A stretch of 64,000 nt of DNA. It comes from a bacterium. Lineage in GTDB: Bacteria > Patescibacteriota > Microgenomatia > Levybacterales > UBA12049. The DNA is taken from assembly GCA_021777565.1 (NCBI GenBank), contig JAJYDJ010000001.1:24431-88430 (forward strand), in the 5' to 3' direction. The notes under the pieces were generated by a model. It was not told the origin of the DNA. It saw only the letters and a list, made by a program, of their open reading frames with translations, and did not search any database. The translations under genes were made by a program, and so were the position numbers. Positions 48,086 through 57,809 of this stretch are shown piece after piece (position 1 is the first letter of the stretch; each line of letters opens with the position of its first letter).

Positions 48086-48450
48086 TTTGAAAGTATACGT
48101 CTCCAGAACGGCTCTGTCAATAGTATTATAGGGTGGATTTAGCCTCGAGTAAGGTTATTTAAGGCCTGGAGTAAGTGAATTCCACAAGATATCCCCAAAG
48201 TGTGGATTAGTAGTTATATATCCTATATCTAGCGAGGCATTTAAATGCGATTTTTTACGTACTTTCTCTTCGGAGAAAGTACCAAAGACTCTTGTGCTGG
48301 CAAGTCGACCTGATTTTTGCGTTCGTTCGTCGGGGAAATGCTGCCCTTTCACGCACAAGGCGTGGCTTCCCCTGATGTCACTCACGCAAGAATCTATACG
48401 GTCTTGATTGCAACGCACGAATGTATAATGGAGAGTTTTTACTGGTTTGC

Positions 48451-48490
48451 CAAACAAAAACCGATGGAAAAGTTGTCTCTTCCACCGGTT
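48451..48490 (-). terminator. Rho-independent terminator downstream of rplL
   Basis: On the minus strand, hairpin ccggtggaagag-acaa-cttttccatcgg (one mismatch) is followed by tttttgtttgg, 30 nt after the rplL stop. Confidence 0.5.
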
Positions 48491-48522
48491 TTGTTATTCG
48501 AATTGACGAATAGAGTGAGCCG

Positions 48523-48909
48523 TTACTTGAGGGTAACTGCTGCGCCCGCTTCTTCAAACTTTTTCTTAGCTTCGTCTGCGGTCTCTTTATTTACTCCTGT
48601 CAAAACGACTTTTGGTGCGGTATCAGCCAATGCTTTTGCGTCGGTGAGACCGAGCGTTGGCACGAGTTCGCGAATAACCTTAATTACTGCGATCTTGTTT
48701 GCGCCTGCTGAAGTAAGTTCCACATCAAAGGATGTTTTTTCTTCAGCTGGTTCAGCTGCACCTGCTGCTGGAGCTGCTGCTGCTGGGGCGGCCATCATTG
48801 CTGCTGACACACCAAACTTTTCTTCCAAGGCTTTGACCAATTCGTTAAGTTCCAAAACGGTCATTTCCTCGACTGCTGATAAAATTTCTTCTGTTGTTAA
48901 CTTTGCCAT
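48523..48909 (-). CDS. rplL: 50S ribosomal protein L7/L12
   Basis: [34 protein letters not shown] followed by an Ala-rich hinge and a C-terminal domain. GGAGGTG lies upstream of ATG 48909. Confidence 0.9.
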   Translation of the reverse strand: MAKLTTEEILSAVEEMTVLELNELVKALEEKFGVSAAMMAAPAAAAPAAGAAEPAEEKTSFDVELTSAGANKIAVIKVIRELVPTLGLTDAKALADTAPKVVLTGVNKETADEAKKKFEEAGAAVTLK

Positions 48910-48929
48910 ATGTCTCACCTCCTTTTGAA

Positions 48930-49475
48930 TTATGACTTCTTTGACGCGACTGCGTTCAAAGTCATCACAAATTTCTGCATATTCCAATTCAATGAACGAT
49001 GAAGTCCAAAGATTGGAGACTTAAGAGTGCCTACGAGCTGGGTCAAGAGGGTTTCTTTACTTGGCAGGGTAGCAAGCTTCAAAACTTCTTTGTCTGAAAT
49101 CACTTTACCACTGAGGATTCCGAACTTAATTTTTGGTTTTTCCAGATCTTTGACCATCTTAGAGACGGTTTTGAGAGGTTCAACAACTTCCTTTGTCAAA
49201 AAGAGTGCACCTGTTTGGCCTTCAAATACTTGGCTTTCGACTGCATCTTTGGCTGGGGTATCAGCAAGAGCTCTTTTGAGAAGAGTGTTTTTAACAACGA
49301 CGAATGAAGCACCAGACTTTTTGATGGTACGCTTCATGTCTTCAAGCTGTTTGTGGGTGAGTCCACCGAAATCTGCAAAAACCATAGCCTCAGACGCATT
49401 GGCCTTATCGGCAATTTCTGCGATGACGCCTGCTTTTTGCTGTTTGTTTTTGGATAGTACGTCTTGATTTTTCAT
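48930..49475 (-). CDS. rplJ: 50S ribosomal protein L10
   Basis: 181 aa with an L10-type N-terminus (...[60 protein letters not shown]), directly upstream of rplL. Confidence 0.85.
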   Translation of the reverse strand: MKNQDVLSKNKQQKAGVIAEIADKANASEAMVFADFGGLTHKQLEDMKRTIKKSGASFVVVKNTLLKRALADTPAKDAVESQVFEGQTGALFLTKEVVEPLKTVSKMVKDLEKPKIKFGILSGKVISDKEVLKLATLPSKETLLTQLVGTLKSPIFGLHRSLNWNMQKFVMTLNAVASKKS

Positions 49476-49607
49476 AAAAAAACTCGCCCTAAGACGAGTA
49501 CTGTGGCAATCTCAAGTGAGATGCTGTCTTCCTCGGAAGGTCTTATTGTTCGCCTTCTGTCTTAGGTACTGCTAGTATAGCAGAATTTGGAGTAAAGATG
49601 CAATATA
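49476..49607 (-). promoter_or_regulatory. Probable rplJ leader (L10 autoregulatory region)
   Basis: A 130-nt untranslated region upstream of rplJ with paired elements (gcctcagacg / cgtcttagggcgag). Called by position only. Confidence 0.25.
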
Positions 49608-50900
49608 TTACTTGTCATAGGCCTTTTGGCCTTGGAGGTATTTGTAGTAGAAGAAAAGGTAGGATTTTGGGTCGCCAACGGTGTAGTTGATATAGTGATT
49701 CTCTTGGACTGCCTGTTGTACCTCTTGGCGCATTTGGGGTAGAGAGCTATGTTCTGGCCATTTAAAGAACGTATATACATTTGAATACAAATAGTATCCA
49801 ATAATAAGAACGGGTAAAATCTTGAGTACTATTTGTTTCTGATTCCACAAAAGGGCAAAGGGGTAGGCAAGTAGTGCCAGACAAAGGAAACGATTGATGG
49901 CATAGTAGTAGTCAGAACTTTCCCCACTATAGATAGTAAAGATGACCCAGGGCACTACAAAGAAACAGGTCATGACATAGACCATACTCCGCCAGCTACG
50001 CACGTTTTGCCTCTGGAGAAGTGCATAGATAACAAAGATTGGGAAGAAGAGATACTTAATGTTTATGTTCCTGATCTCTCTTGGAAGGAAATTATCTAGC
50101 TGAGTAAAGACATCTCCAATGATCTGTAGCATCCTTTTGAGGTGAAATCCGTGTGAGTATTGCGCGGCATAGGTCATGAGACTATTGGCCTGTGAATGCT
50201 TACTACTGAGCTCAGAAATGATATTTGGGGCTATTGCGATTAGTAAAATAAGAAGGCCTAAAATACCATATTTGAACACTTCTTTTGTTCGAGGGAAAAG
50301 AGGGAGGCAAAGGGCGGTAATAATTGGTACAAAGATGGCGGTAAAGTGTACTTGCCAGAAAAGACCAATGACAATGGCAAGTGATAGAATGTGTTTTGTT
50401 TTTCCCGAAATAATTTCGTGTAAAAAGTAAAATGCCAAAAGACCTAACAGTGGAATAAAATCTACAGGCCACTGCACGCGATCAAAATGAATCGCTTCAG
50501 TAGAAAAAGTTTGTATCAGAAGTGCGATAAGAGTGACAGATTTACCAAATTTTCTGATGAAAACATAATAAATGCCCCAAAAACTTACAATGGCACTGAG
50601 CCCCGCAAAGATACCAGAGGCAATAGGGTCATAATTGGTGAAGAAATATGCCGGGGCGATAGCATAGTAATATAACGGACCGATGTAAAACCCAGAATTT
50701 TGTTTGGCCACCATACCAAGGAGTGGATAGTGGTGATTATAAAGAATATTTTTGGCTGCCCAGGCGTTATCTATTTGATCCCAACTGAAAGGATTACGCT
50801 CAGGAATTTGATAAAAACGAAAGAAAAGGAAAGCAAGAAAGATAATGCCGATGGCAATGAAGAACTTATTTTTTCTTATAAATGCGATCCAAGTGGCCAT
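49608..50900 (-). CDS. GT39/ArnT-like (PMT_2 fold) polytopic membrane glycosyltransferase
   Basis: 430 aa with about 12 transmembrane segments. The N-terminal loop FRFYQIPERNPFSWDQIDNAWAAKNIL has the DE-containing first-loop pattern of GT-C enzymes. Confidence 0.45.
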   Translation of the reverse strand: MATWIAFIRKNKFFIAIGIIFLAFLFFRFYQIPERNPFSWDQIDNAWAAKNILYNHHYPLLGMVAKQNSGFYIGPLYYYAIAPAYFFTNYDPIASGIFAGLSAIVSFWGIYYVFIRKFGKSVTLIALLIQTFSTEAIHFDRVQWPVDFIPLLGLLAFYFLHEIISGKTKHILSLAIVIGLFWQVHFTAIFVPIITALCLPLFPRTKEVFKYGILGLLILLIAIAPNIISELSSKHSQANSLMTYAAQYSHGFHLKRMLQIIGDVFTQLDNFLPREIRNINIKYLFFPIFVIYALLQRQNVRSWRSMVYVMTCFFVVPWVIFTIYSGESSDYYYAINRFLCLALLAYPFALLWNQKQIVLKILPVLIIGYYLYSNVYTFFKWPEHSSLPQMRQEVQQAVQENHYINYTVGDPKSYLFFYYKYLQGQKAYDK

Positions 50901-50920
50901 ACATTCAGTATAGCAAATTA

Positions 50921-51733
50921 TTATTTTTCTGCTTTGGAAGCATTGGCACGGTCACTAAATGCATTCACGAGCACCAGCGTGATGAGATAAAAGACAAGGA
51001 TAAATAGTGCATCAAGTTGATGATTGTAGAAATCAAATACTTCTGTGAGAAAGATGGAGGTTAAGAGAGAGAGTCGAAAAAGACGATAGCCAAACTTTCT
51101 GAACTTAAAAAAGACCAATGCACCACAGACAGCAAGTGTTGAACTGAGCAGTGATGATCCAAACTGCATAATATCGCTAATATCATCAAGCTGATACGGA
51201 CTCGTGGCGCGTCCACTGAGAAAAAGCAGTGATCGTACCAGGGTAAAAAGAGAAATCCCAATAAAAAAGAGAATAACACTGGTCCCAAATCCTCTAAATT
51301 TCATGACAGATTGGATGAGGGATTTAAATGGTGCGTCTTTATCGGTAAGGTGTTCCGTTTTGTGGGCAAAAAATCGAATAACCAGAAAGAGAAGTACAAA
51401 AATAACATAAATAATGGAGGTAGCTGGTGCAAAAAAGTAATTGTTGTCATTGGTGATATATTTACCCAGCTCATCAATAAAAAGACCAAATCCAGCACCT
51501 CCAAGAATCGCCGCGATACGAGTGGCTCGTGGATTGTGCATAGCAATAAGGATAATATTGGCTGCCAGAAGGAAAAGCCCACCCCAGAGCATGTGTGCGA
51601 TATGCCATCCATGCATCCCAAGACGTGGGTAATTGGTCAGCTGCAGATAGAATCTGGTGACCAGAATACTCGCTATTGCACTCACAAAAAGAGTTTCTAA
51701 ATAGGCCCCAGCATCTTTGCGATAGATAATCAT
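50921..51733 (-). CDS. Polytopic membrane protein of unknown function
   Basis: 270 aa with about eight transmembrane segments. Co-directional and contiguous with the GT39-like gene. Confidence 0.45.
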   Translation of the reverse strand: MIIYRKDAGAYLETLFVSAIASILVTRFYLQLTNYPRLGMHGWHIAHMLWGGLFLLAANIILIAMHNPRATRIAAILGGAGFGLFIDELGKYITNDNNYFFAPATSIIYVIFVLLFLVIRFFAHKTEHLTDKDAPFKSLIQSVMKFRGFGTSVILFFIGISLFTLVRSLLFLSGRATSPYQLDDISDIMQFGSSLLSSTLAVCGALVFFKFRKFGYRLFRLSLLTSIFLTEVFDFYNHQLDALFILVFYLITLVLVNAFSDRANASKAEK

Positions 51734-51766
51734 ATCTGTAGTATAGTGCAGAAAGGATGAGTGAGA

Positions 51767-52660
51767 CTAGCCAATTCTCAAACTTGGACTCATGGTGGAC
51801 TTGAGATAGACAGACTTAACTTTGCCTTTCTCCAATGAACCAAGGAATGCTTTAATATTGTCAGCAAGTTTTTCTTTCCCAAAACTCAACTTACCAAGTG
51901 CCATGTGAACGATATTTACTTTTCCTTCGGTCTTGTAGTTGATTTGGCCACCGGCAAATTTCTTGGCAGCTTCTTCAGGGTTTGCTGCGACGGTGCCATT
52001 TTTTGGATTTGGCATAAGTCCTCGAGGACCGAGAATCTTAGCTGCTTTTGCCAAACGTGGCATAGCATCAGGAGTTGCGATCAAAAGATCAAAATCAATT
52101 TGTCCTGCATCGATCTTATCAAGGAGCTTTTGTGCTGCCTGTGCATCCTGAAGAGGAGCAAGAATAGCGACACGAACTTCTTTGCCAGTTCCGTGAGGAA
52201 GAACAACACTTCCAGTAACTTTGTCAGTAGTATTAACGTGGAGTTCTACTGTTTCATCAAACTTTGCTGATTGGAATCCAAGCAAAGTATCCAGAGCAGT
52301 TGAGACAGAGTATTGAGTGTCTTTTGCCTTCTGAACGTTCGCATTGTGGCGAGGTGATGGCTGATATGTACTCACTGCTTCTTTTTTCTCCATCTTTTTC
52401 TTTGGTTTTTCTTCAGTGTCATTCTGAGCCATAGGCGAAGAATCTCTTTCTTCAGACGTGGTATCGGTAGAGTGGGATCCTTCACTATCGTTCAGGATGA
52501 CAGAAGAAGAGTCTGTTGTCTCACTCTCCGTAACATTTGTTGCATCAGATTCTTTCTCTGCAGCCTTTGCCACTTTTTTAGCTTCGCGGCGCTTCGCTGC
52601 CTCGTCTTTCTGCATTTGTTCTTCTTCAGAGCCAATAGTAATAGTGCGTTTCTTTCCCAT
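51767..52660 (-). CDS. rplA: 50S ribosomal protein L1 with a roughly 100-aa low-complexity N-terminal extension
   Basis: The conserved L1 core runs from ...YSVSTALDTLLGFQSAKFDETVELHV...GSVVLPHGTGK...ILGPRGLMPNPK.GTV.... The 276 nt upstream are in frame and stop-free up to an ATG placed 1 nt after the rplK stop. Confidence 0.8.
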   Translation of the reverse strand: MGKKRTITIGSEEEQMQKDEAAKRREAKKVAKAAEKESDATNVTESETTDSSSVILNDSEGSHSTDTTSEERDSSPMAQNDTEEKPKKKMEKKEAVSTYQPSPRHNANVQKAKDTQYSVSTALDTLLGFQSAKFDETVELHVNTTDKVTGSVVLPHGTGKEVRVAILAPLQDAQAAQKLLDKIDAGQIDFDLLIATPDAMPRLAKAAKILGPRGLMPNPKNGTVAANPEEAAKKFAGGQINYKTEGKVNIVHMALGKLSFGKEKLADNIKAFLGSLEKGKVKSVYLKSTMSPSLRIG

Positions 52661-52661
52661 A

Positions 52662-53081
52662 TTAAACTACTTTCACTCCCATACTTCGTGCGACACCTGC
52701 GACGATCTTGGCTGCTTGCTTCACATCATCGGTATTGAGATCTTCGAGCTTTTTCGCTGCGATTTCCTCAGCTTGTGCTTGCGTAATCGTGCCTGCTTGT
52801 TCTTTCCCTGGCTTGCCTGCGCCTGGACGACCGATTGTCTTTTTGATCATTTCAGAAATCGGTGGCTGTTTGACGATAAAGTCAAAAGAGCGATCTTCAT
52901 AAACGGTAATAACCACAGGAACCAATGTCCCTTTCAAAGGTGCAGTTCGGTCATTAAATGCCTTCACGAATTCCATAATTGGAATACCGTGTTGACCAAG
53001 AGCTGGACCTACCGGTGGTGCAGGAGTAGCTGCGCCAGCCTGAATTGCCAATTTAATAAATGTTTTTATCTTCTTTGCCAT
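52662..53081 (-). CDS. rplK: 50S ribosomal protein L11
   Basis: [44 protein letters not shown] is the canonical L11 N-terminus. Confidence 0.9.
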   Translation of the reverse strand: MAKKIKTFIKLAIQAGAATPAPPVGPALGQHGIPIMEFVKAFNDRTAPLKGTLVPVVITVYEDRSFDFIVKQPPISEMIKKTIGRPGAGKPGKEQAGTITQAQAEEIAAKKLEDLNTDDVKQAAKIVAGVARSMGVKVV

Positions 53082-53086
53082 ATGAA

Positions 53087-53641
53087 TTAGATTTTACTGA
53101 CTTGCAAGAAGTCCAGTTCGACAGGTGTTTCTCGGCCAAAGATACTGACCAAGACTTTGAGTTTGCCCTTAGCCTCATCAATAGATTCAATAGTACCAAG
53201 GAACTCTGCGAATGGTCCATCGACGATCTTAACTGCTTCACCAACCACAAATGCTGATTTGAAGGTGGTTTGCTGTTGCTGAGAGAATTGCTTAATAGCC
53301 TCAACTTCTTTTGGAGAAATTGGGGTTGGGGTGTTGGCTGCACCAACGAATCCAGTTACGCCTGGGGTTGTACGAACCAAGATCCATGATTCATCAGAGA
53401 GAACCATGCGAACGAGAATGTATCCTGGGAAGACTTTTTCTTCAACCTGGTGCTTTTTGCCTTGAGAAACTTTGGTTACTTCACGAGTTGGGACGATGAT
53501 TTCAAGGATACTGTCGGCAAAACCCATGGTTTCGGCACGCTGTTGAAGCGTCTTGGCAACTTTATTTTCGTGCCCAGAGTAGGTGTGTACGATATACCAT
53601 CGTCCAGCCTCAGTATTCATTGATGTTGTTGTGTTTTCCAT
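53087..53641 (-). CDS. nusG: Transcription termination/antitermination factor NusG
   Basis: NGN domain [14 protein letters not shown] and KOW domain [25 protein letters not shown]. Confidence 0.85.
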   Translation of the reverse strand: MENTTTSMNTEAGRWYIVHTYSGHENKVAKTLQQRAETMGFADSILEIIVPTREVTKVSQGKKHQVEEKVFPGYILVRMVLSDESWILVRTTPGVTGFVGAANTPTPISPKEVEAIKQFSQQQQTTFKSAFVVGEAVKIVDGPFAEFLGTIESIDEAKGKLKVLVSIFGRETPVELDFLQVSKI

Positions 53642-53642
53642 A

Positions 53643-53825
53643 TTATTTTGTGACCATTTGCAGAAGTGTTGTGAATATGAAGTCTATGGCTCCTATAAAC
53701 AGGCCTACAGCGACACTGATAATGATCACCATTCCGGTTAACCTGATCACCTCAGTACGTGTTGGCCAAACTACTTTCTGCATCTCCTGATAAGTTTCAG
53801 TAAGAAACGATACAGGGTTTGGCAT
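53643..53825 (-). CDS. secE: Preprotein translocase subunit SecE
   Basis: 60 aa. [41 protein letters not shown]. Sits at the conserved position upstream of nusG. Confidence 0.8.
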   Translation of the reverse strand: MPNPVSFLTETYQEMQKVVWPTRTEVIRLTGMVIIISVAVGLFIGAIDFIFTTLLQMVTK

Positions 53826-53876
53826 AAAGGAATTTTACCATGCAGAGGTTGACATGTAAAGGGGAGGCTGTCTACA

Positions 53877-54791
53877 ATGGGTGTACGCGATATGCAGAAA
53901 GTACGCAAGGCTGTTATCCCCGCGGCAGGCTTTGGAACACGGTTTCTCCCGCAGACAAAGGCAATGCCAAAACAAATGCTCCCTATTGTCCATAAGCCGA
54001 TTATCCAGTATGTCGTGGAAGAGTTGGTCTCCGCAGGCATTGAGGATATTATCATCGTTACCAACCACCTCGAGCGCTCCATTGAGGACCACTTTGATGA
54101 TCCAAATCAAGACGTTGTCGGGGCACTGCGCATGGGAGGGCCTAAAAAAGAGCCACTTCTCAAAGAGCTTGAGGATATAGGCCGCATGGCTAATTTTGCC
54201 TATGTTCGCCAGAAAGGCCCAATTGGGAACGGGACGCCGTTTCTCAATGTCCGTCACATCATTGGGAACGAGCCATTTGTTGTTGTGTGGAGTGATGAGT
54301 TTGTCATTTCAAGGCCAACTTCTGTCATCCGCCAGCTGATTGACACGTATAACGAGTTTGGGTGTAGTGTGTTAGGGACGGTTAAAGCAGATAAGGAAAA
54401 AGACTTTGATCGATATGGGTATGCAGGGGGAACCGAGATCCGTCCAGGTCTCTATGATGTGAATGAAATCATTGAGAAACCTGGGAAAGAAAGAGTTCCT
54501 GCCTCCATGGCTGCACTTATTTGGGCATGTGTCTACACGCCAGATATTTTTGACTATATGAAAGAAGTCTTGGTGAATTTGCCAAACGGGGAGGAACTTT
54601 GTTATGTCGATGCAGTGCATAGAATGTATAAAGATAATAAGCGAGTGATCGCCAAGATTTTCGAGAATGCTGAGTATTATGACTGTGGGACAGTGCTTGA
54701 GTACATGAAAACAGCCACCAGGCTTGGTCTTGCCGACCCTGAAATAGGGGAATCTTATAAAACATTCTTACAGAGCCTCACCTTGAAGTAA
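53877..54791 (+). CDS. galU: UTP--glucose-1-phosphate uridylyltransferase
   Basis: KAVIPAAGFGTRFLPQTKAMPKQMLPIVHKPIIQYVVEE is the GalU signature. Confidence 0.8.
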   Translation: MGVRDMQKVRKAVIPAAGFGTRFLPQTKAMPKQMLPIVHKPIIQYVVEELVSAGIEDIIIVTNHLERSIEDHFDDPNQDVVGALRMGGPKKEPLLKELEDIGRMANFAYVRQKGPIGNGTPFLNVRHIIGNEPFVVVWSDEFVISRPTSVIRQLIDTYNEFGCSVLGTVKADKEKDFDRYGYAGGTEIRPGLYDVNEIIEKPGKERVPASMAALIWACVYTPDIFDYMKEVLVNLPNGEELCYVDAVHRMYKDNKRVIAKIFENAEYYDCGTVLEYMKTATRLGLADPEIGESYKTFLQSLTLK

Positions 54792-54833
54792 TTCAGGGAA
54801 CAAAACCGGGCCTTTTGTTATACTAATACCGCT

Positions 54834-55469
54834 ATGAATAAGAAGTTATTGTATTTTCTCTCTGGCGCTGGGCTTTTTAGCATCTTTGTCGGGTTTTCCT
54901 ACATCGTACACAAGAATGTTCTGAATCAGTTTGACTTTGACATGACGGTCAAGATTCAAGACCACATGCCAAGGCGTTTTGATAACTTCTTTTCGCTTTT
55001 AAGTGACATAGGGGCGGTAGAAATTACGGGTATTTTTGTGGCAATTTTGGTCATTTGGCTTTTCTGGAAGAGAAAATGGTTCGTTGGGCTGTTGACTGGC
55101 TTCCTTTTTGTCTTTTTTCATGTGTTTGAAATCTATGGCAAAACATTTGTGAGACACCTGCCTCCACCTCATTTTATGCTGAGAACGCATGATGTATTTA
55201 ATTTCTCACGATTTTATGTCAGAGAAGAAAATTCCTACCCGTCAGGGCATGCGGGCCGTGCACTCTTCGTGACAACTGTTCTCGCAGTCCTGATAACCCA
55301 CAGTAAGTTATCTCTCAATAAAAAACTGATCTCATATGGCTTTTTGATTGCCTATGATCTGACGATGGTGGTCAGCCGTGTGTACTTGGGTGAACACTGG
55401 ACGAGCGATGTGATCGGAGGATCACTCCTCGGATCTTCATTTGGGCTTCTGATTGGAATACTTCTCTAA
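54834..55469 (+). CDS. PAP2-family membrane phosphatase
   Basis: PAP2 motifs SYPSGHAGRA and SRVYLGEHWTSDVIGG. Six transmembrane helices. Confidence 0.75.
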   Translation: MNKKLLYFLSGAGLFSIFVGFSYIVHKNVLNQFDFDMTVKIQDHMPRRFDNFFSLLSDIGAVEITGIFVAILVIWLFWKRKWFVGLLTGFLFVFFHVFEIYGKTFVRHLPPPHFMLRTHDVFNFSRFYVREENSYPSGHAGRALFVTTVLAVLITHSKLSLNKKLISYGFLIAYDLTMVVSRVYLGEHWTSDVIGGSLLGSSFGLLIGILL

Positions 55470-55482
55470 AGAATAGTTAGTT

Positions 55483-56313
55483 TTAATATCCTGTGGTTCG
55501 TGATGGCATGGGGGAAGGATACGTTGGTGCCGTCGCTGTTCGTGGAGAGGAATAACTATTACTGCTAAGCATGTACAGGAGCGCAACTATGATCAGAGCG
55601 ATTTTAATCCACTTGTGGTTCATCGAAATCCTAAAGCTGGGGTATGTGTCGGAAATACCCAACATATAGGCTGAAAGGGCAAAATTTAGGCGATAGCCAT
55701 CAACATAGATCTCATGGGTAGACTCAGGGTATTTCCCAGTGAAAAGTACCGGGAAACAGCTGATAAGAACTCCTATATAGGCTGCAGTGCTGATAACTCG
55801 CTGATAGAGTCCAAATGGAATCATCATAAGGATACGAATAAATCCTCCAACAATTGGGGTAGCGAACATGCGATTTGGGTGTTCTGGGTAGGTAAATTCC
55901 AGAAGCCCAGTGTCTTTTATCGAAAATCCAGGGTAGGTGTCCGTAATGCCTGCCCAGAAGAAGGAAATACGTGCTCCAAGTGTCATGACGCCTACCGCAA
56001 GGGTAAATGCATACTGTGAGTAATTGCCAAATATCCAGACACGGAAACTGTTATAAATAACCACCATGAAAAGCCAGACACTGACCAACCCAAGCCAGAG
56101 AGCCACGGGGATAAGCATAATGATTTTTACGAGCCCTCCCAGAATCATCACGGCATACCATCTATTTGGGTGCATATTGCGTGAAATTGCAATGTGGGGA
56201 TACATACGAATGTCTCGTTCTGTGTGGGGAGTAGATGTCTCAGAAATGGCTGCTGGAGCCTCTGTGTGCTCTTTATGATGTACTGTATGCTTGTGAGCCT
56301 TTACCATACACAT
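55483..56313 (-). CDS. Polytopic membrane protein of unknown function
   Basis: 276-aa ORF with about eight hydrophobic segments. Confidence 0.4.
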   Translation of the reverse strand: MCMVKAHKHTVHHKEHTEAPAAISETSTPHTERDIRMYPHIAISRNMHPNRWYAVMILGGLVKIIMLIPVALWLGLVSVWLFMVVIYNSFRVWIFGNYSQYAFTLAVGVMTLGARISFFWAGITDTYPGFSIKDTGLLEFTYPEHPNRMFATPIVGGFIRILMMIPFGLYQRVISTAAYIGVLISCFPVLFTGKYPESTHEIYVDGYRLNFALSAYMLGISDTYPSFRISMNHKWIKIALIIVALLYMLSSNSYSSPRTATAPTYPSPMPSRTTGY

Positions 56314-56367
56314 CCAGTATCAGTGTTTTTATGGACTTTGTCAACAAAGATTCAGCAGGGGAAATGC

Positions 56368-57735
56368 TTATGCGAGTTTGGTGAATCTCTTCAGGAAGGC
56401 ACCAAATGGTACCATGGCCAAAAGGTAGCCAAGGTCTTCAGGACCTGTCTTTGGCAGTGAGGTAGCTTGTGCAGCAGGCTGTACTTGGACAGAACCGTTA
56501 CTGCCAGCATAGGAACCGTAGACAATCTGTGAAGCAGGCACGTTAATCGTGTTGTTGTTGGTACTGTTCACGTTGATTGTTGGGTTAAATGTGTTGGAAT
56601 TGTTACTGTTGCCACTGTTATTGATAGAATTGTTGCCACTGTTGTTCACGCCACTTGATGAGTTACTTGAACTGTTAGAGTCACTTGAACTATTTGAGTC
56701 ACTTGAACTGTTGGATGAACTTGAGTTGTTGTTGTTGTTGTTGTTGTTGTTGCAATTACTATTGTCGTTATTGTCCCCACAAGTTGGTGTTGGAGGGCAC
56801 CATCCACCTGCTGGTTCAGCAATTTCACAGGCTGGGTTTGCGTCCAAACATGCAGGGCGTGGTGAACAGGTTGGTGTTGGAGGGCACCATCCACCTGCTG
56901 GTTCAGCAATTTCACAGGCTGGGTTTGCGTCCAAACATGCAGGACGTGGTGAACAGGTTGGTGTTGGTGATGGTGGGCACCATCCGCCAATTGGTTCAGC
57001 AATTTCACAGGCTGGGTTTGCGTCCAAACAGGCAGGACGAGGTGTGCAGGTTGGTCCTGGCACGGTTGGAGTAGGCGTAAAGGTAGGTGTACTCACTGGT
57101 GTTGTTGGTGTAGGAGATGATGTAGGCGTCATAGTAGCCGTTGGTGTAGGAGATGACGTTGGTGTTGCAGTAGGTGGGACACCATATTGGCATGGGTTTC
57201 CTGTGTTATACCAAGCTGCTGCCCATGTGGTGTAGAGATGATTAATATCAGGTGCGCCATACATACTACTCCAGCCATTGCCATTTGCAAGGAAGAAGAA
57301 GTCATATTGGAATGCTCCACACGCAGGGTTCACAACACTGGTATTAAGATAGTAATTGGTATTTGTACTTACAGAAATATCTTTTTCTCCCCATGGACCA
57401 AGAGAATCAGACTGGGAGATGATGTGCTGATTTTGCAGACATGAACTAGAACCGCTTGATGAATTTCCGTCACAGAAGTTCACAAGCCATCGAATGGTCA
57501 AACTTACATTATCTCCAGTATTATTTTTAAGGTGGAATGCTGCCTGGTATGTCCCATCACTAGATTTATAGGATTCATTGCCTGTCCAGGTTACGGTAAC
57601 TTTTCCACCTGCTGAAGTACTAACGTAGGCCTTTCCATCTGCATGAGAAACTTGCTTTGGGACCATAGTCCACAAATATGCGACTGCAAGAAGTGCGCCG
57701 AAAACAACTAACAATTTTTTTATAATTCCTGACAT
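56368..57735 (-). CDS. LPXTG-anchored surface protein with three 29-aa Cys-containing repeats and poly-Asn/Ser tracts
   Basis: Signal peptide. Threefold repeat ...CSPRPACLDANPACEIAEPAGGWCPPTPT.... N9 and (SSSNS/D)n low-complexity tracts. C-terminal sorting signal SLPKTG followed by a hydrophobic stretch and a basic tail. Confidence 0.7.
   Translation of the reverse strand: MSGIIKKLLVVFGALLAVAYLWTMVPKQVSHADGKAYVSTSAGGKVTVTWTGNESYKSSDGTYQAAFHLKNNTGDNVSLTIRWLVNFCDGNSSSGSSSCLQNQHIISQSDSLGPWGEKDISVSTNTNYYLNTSVVNPACGAFQYDFFFLANGNGWSSMYGAPDINHLYTTWAAAWYNTGNPCQYGVPPTATPTSSPTPTATMTPTSSPTPTTPVSTPTFTPTPTVPGPTCTPRPACLDANPACEIAEPIGGWCPPSPTPTCSPRPACLDANPACEIAEPAGGWCPPTPTCSPRPACLDANPACEIAEPAGGWCPPTPTCGDNNDNSNCNNNNNNNNNSSSSNSSSDSNSSSDSNSSSNSSSGVNNSGNNSINNSGNSNNSNTFNPTINVNSTNNNTINVPASQIVYGSYAGSNGSVQVQPAAQATSLPKTGPEDLGYLLAMVPFGAFLKRFTKLA
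56725..56751. repeat. (GTT)9 trinucleotide microsatellite, read as (AAC)9 = Asn9 in the coding strand
   Basis: A perfect 27-nt run of nine units, visible directly in the sequence. Confidence 0.85.
56783..57050. repeat. Three tandem copies of an 87-bp coding repeat
   Basis: ggttggtgttggagggcaccatccacctgctggttcagcaatttcacaggctgggtttgcgtccaaacatgcagggcgtggtgaaca is repeated at 56783, 56870 and 56957. The third copy is diverged. Confidence 0.8.
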
Positions 57736-57809
57736 AAGCCTAAGTAGCCCGGAGTATACATCAAATTATAGGATGTGTCAAGAGTCGCTCATAGCGACAT
57801 TGACAGAAC

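Noticed and set aside
48155-48457. 100-aa minus-strand ORF
   Set aside because: It falls in the intergenic region between the rplL terminator and the upstream gene. It has no RBS or motif and overlaps the terminator hairpin.
52458-53090. Plus-strand ORFs of 210 and 88 aa
   Set aside because: Antisense to rplK and the rplA extension. The composition is Cys/Phe/Leu-rich, typical of antisense reading.
56783-57050. Possible CRISPR array
   Set aside because: The repeats are 87 bp, directly tandem with no unique spacers, and lie in frame inside a coding sequence. No cas genes are present.
56549-57235. Plus-strand ORFs (228, 129 and 120 aa) across the repeat region
   Set aside because: These frames are open because they are antisense to, or frame-shifted relative to, the periodic 87-bp repeats of the LPXTG gene. 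The sense-strand product has signal peptide, repeats and sorting signal, and is the coherent reading.
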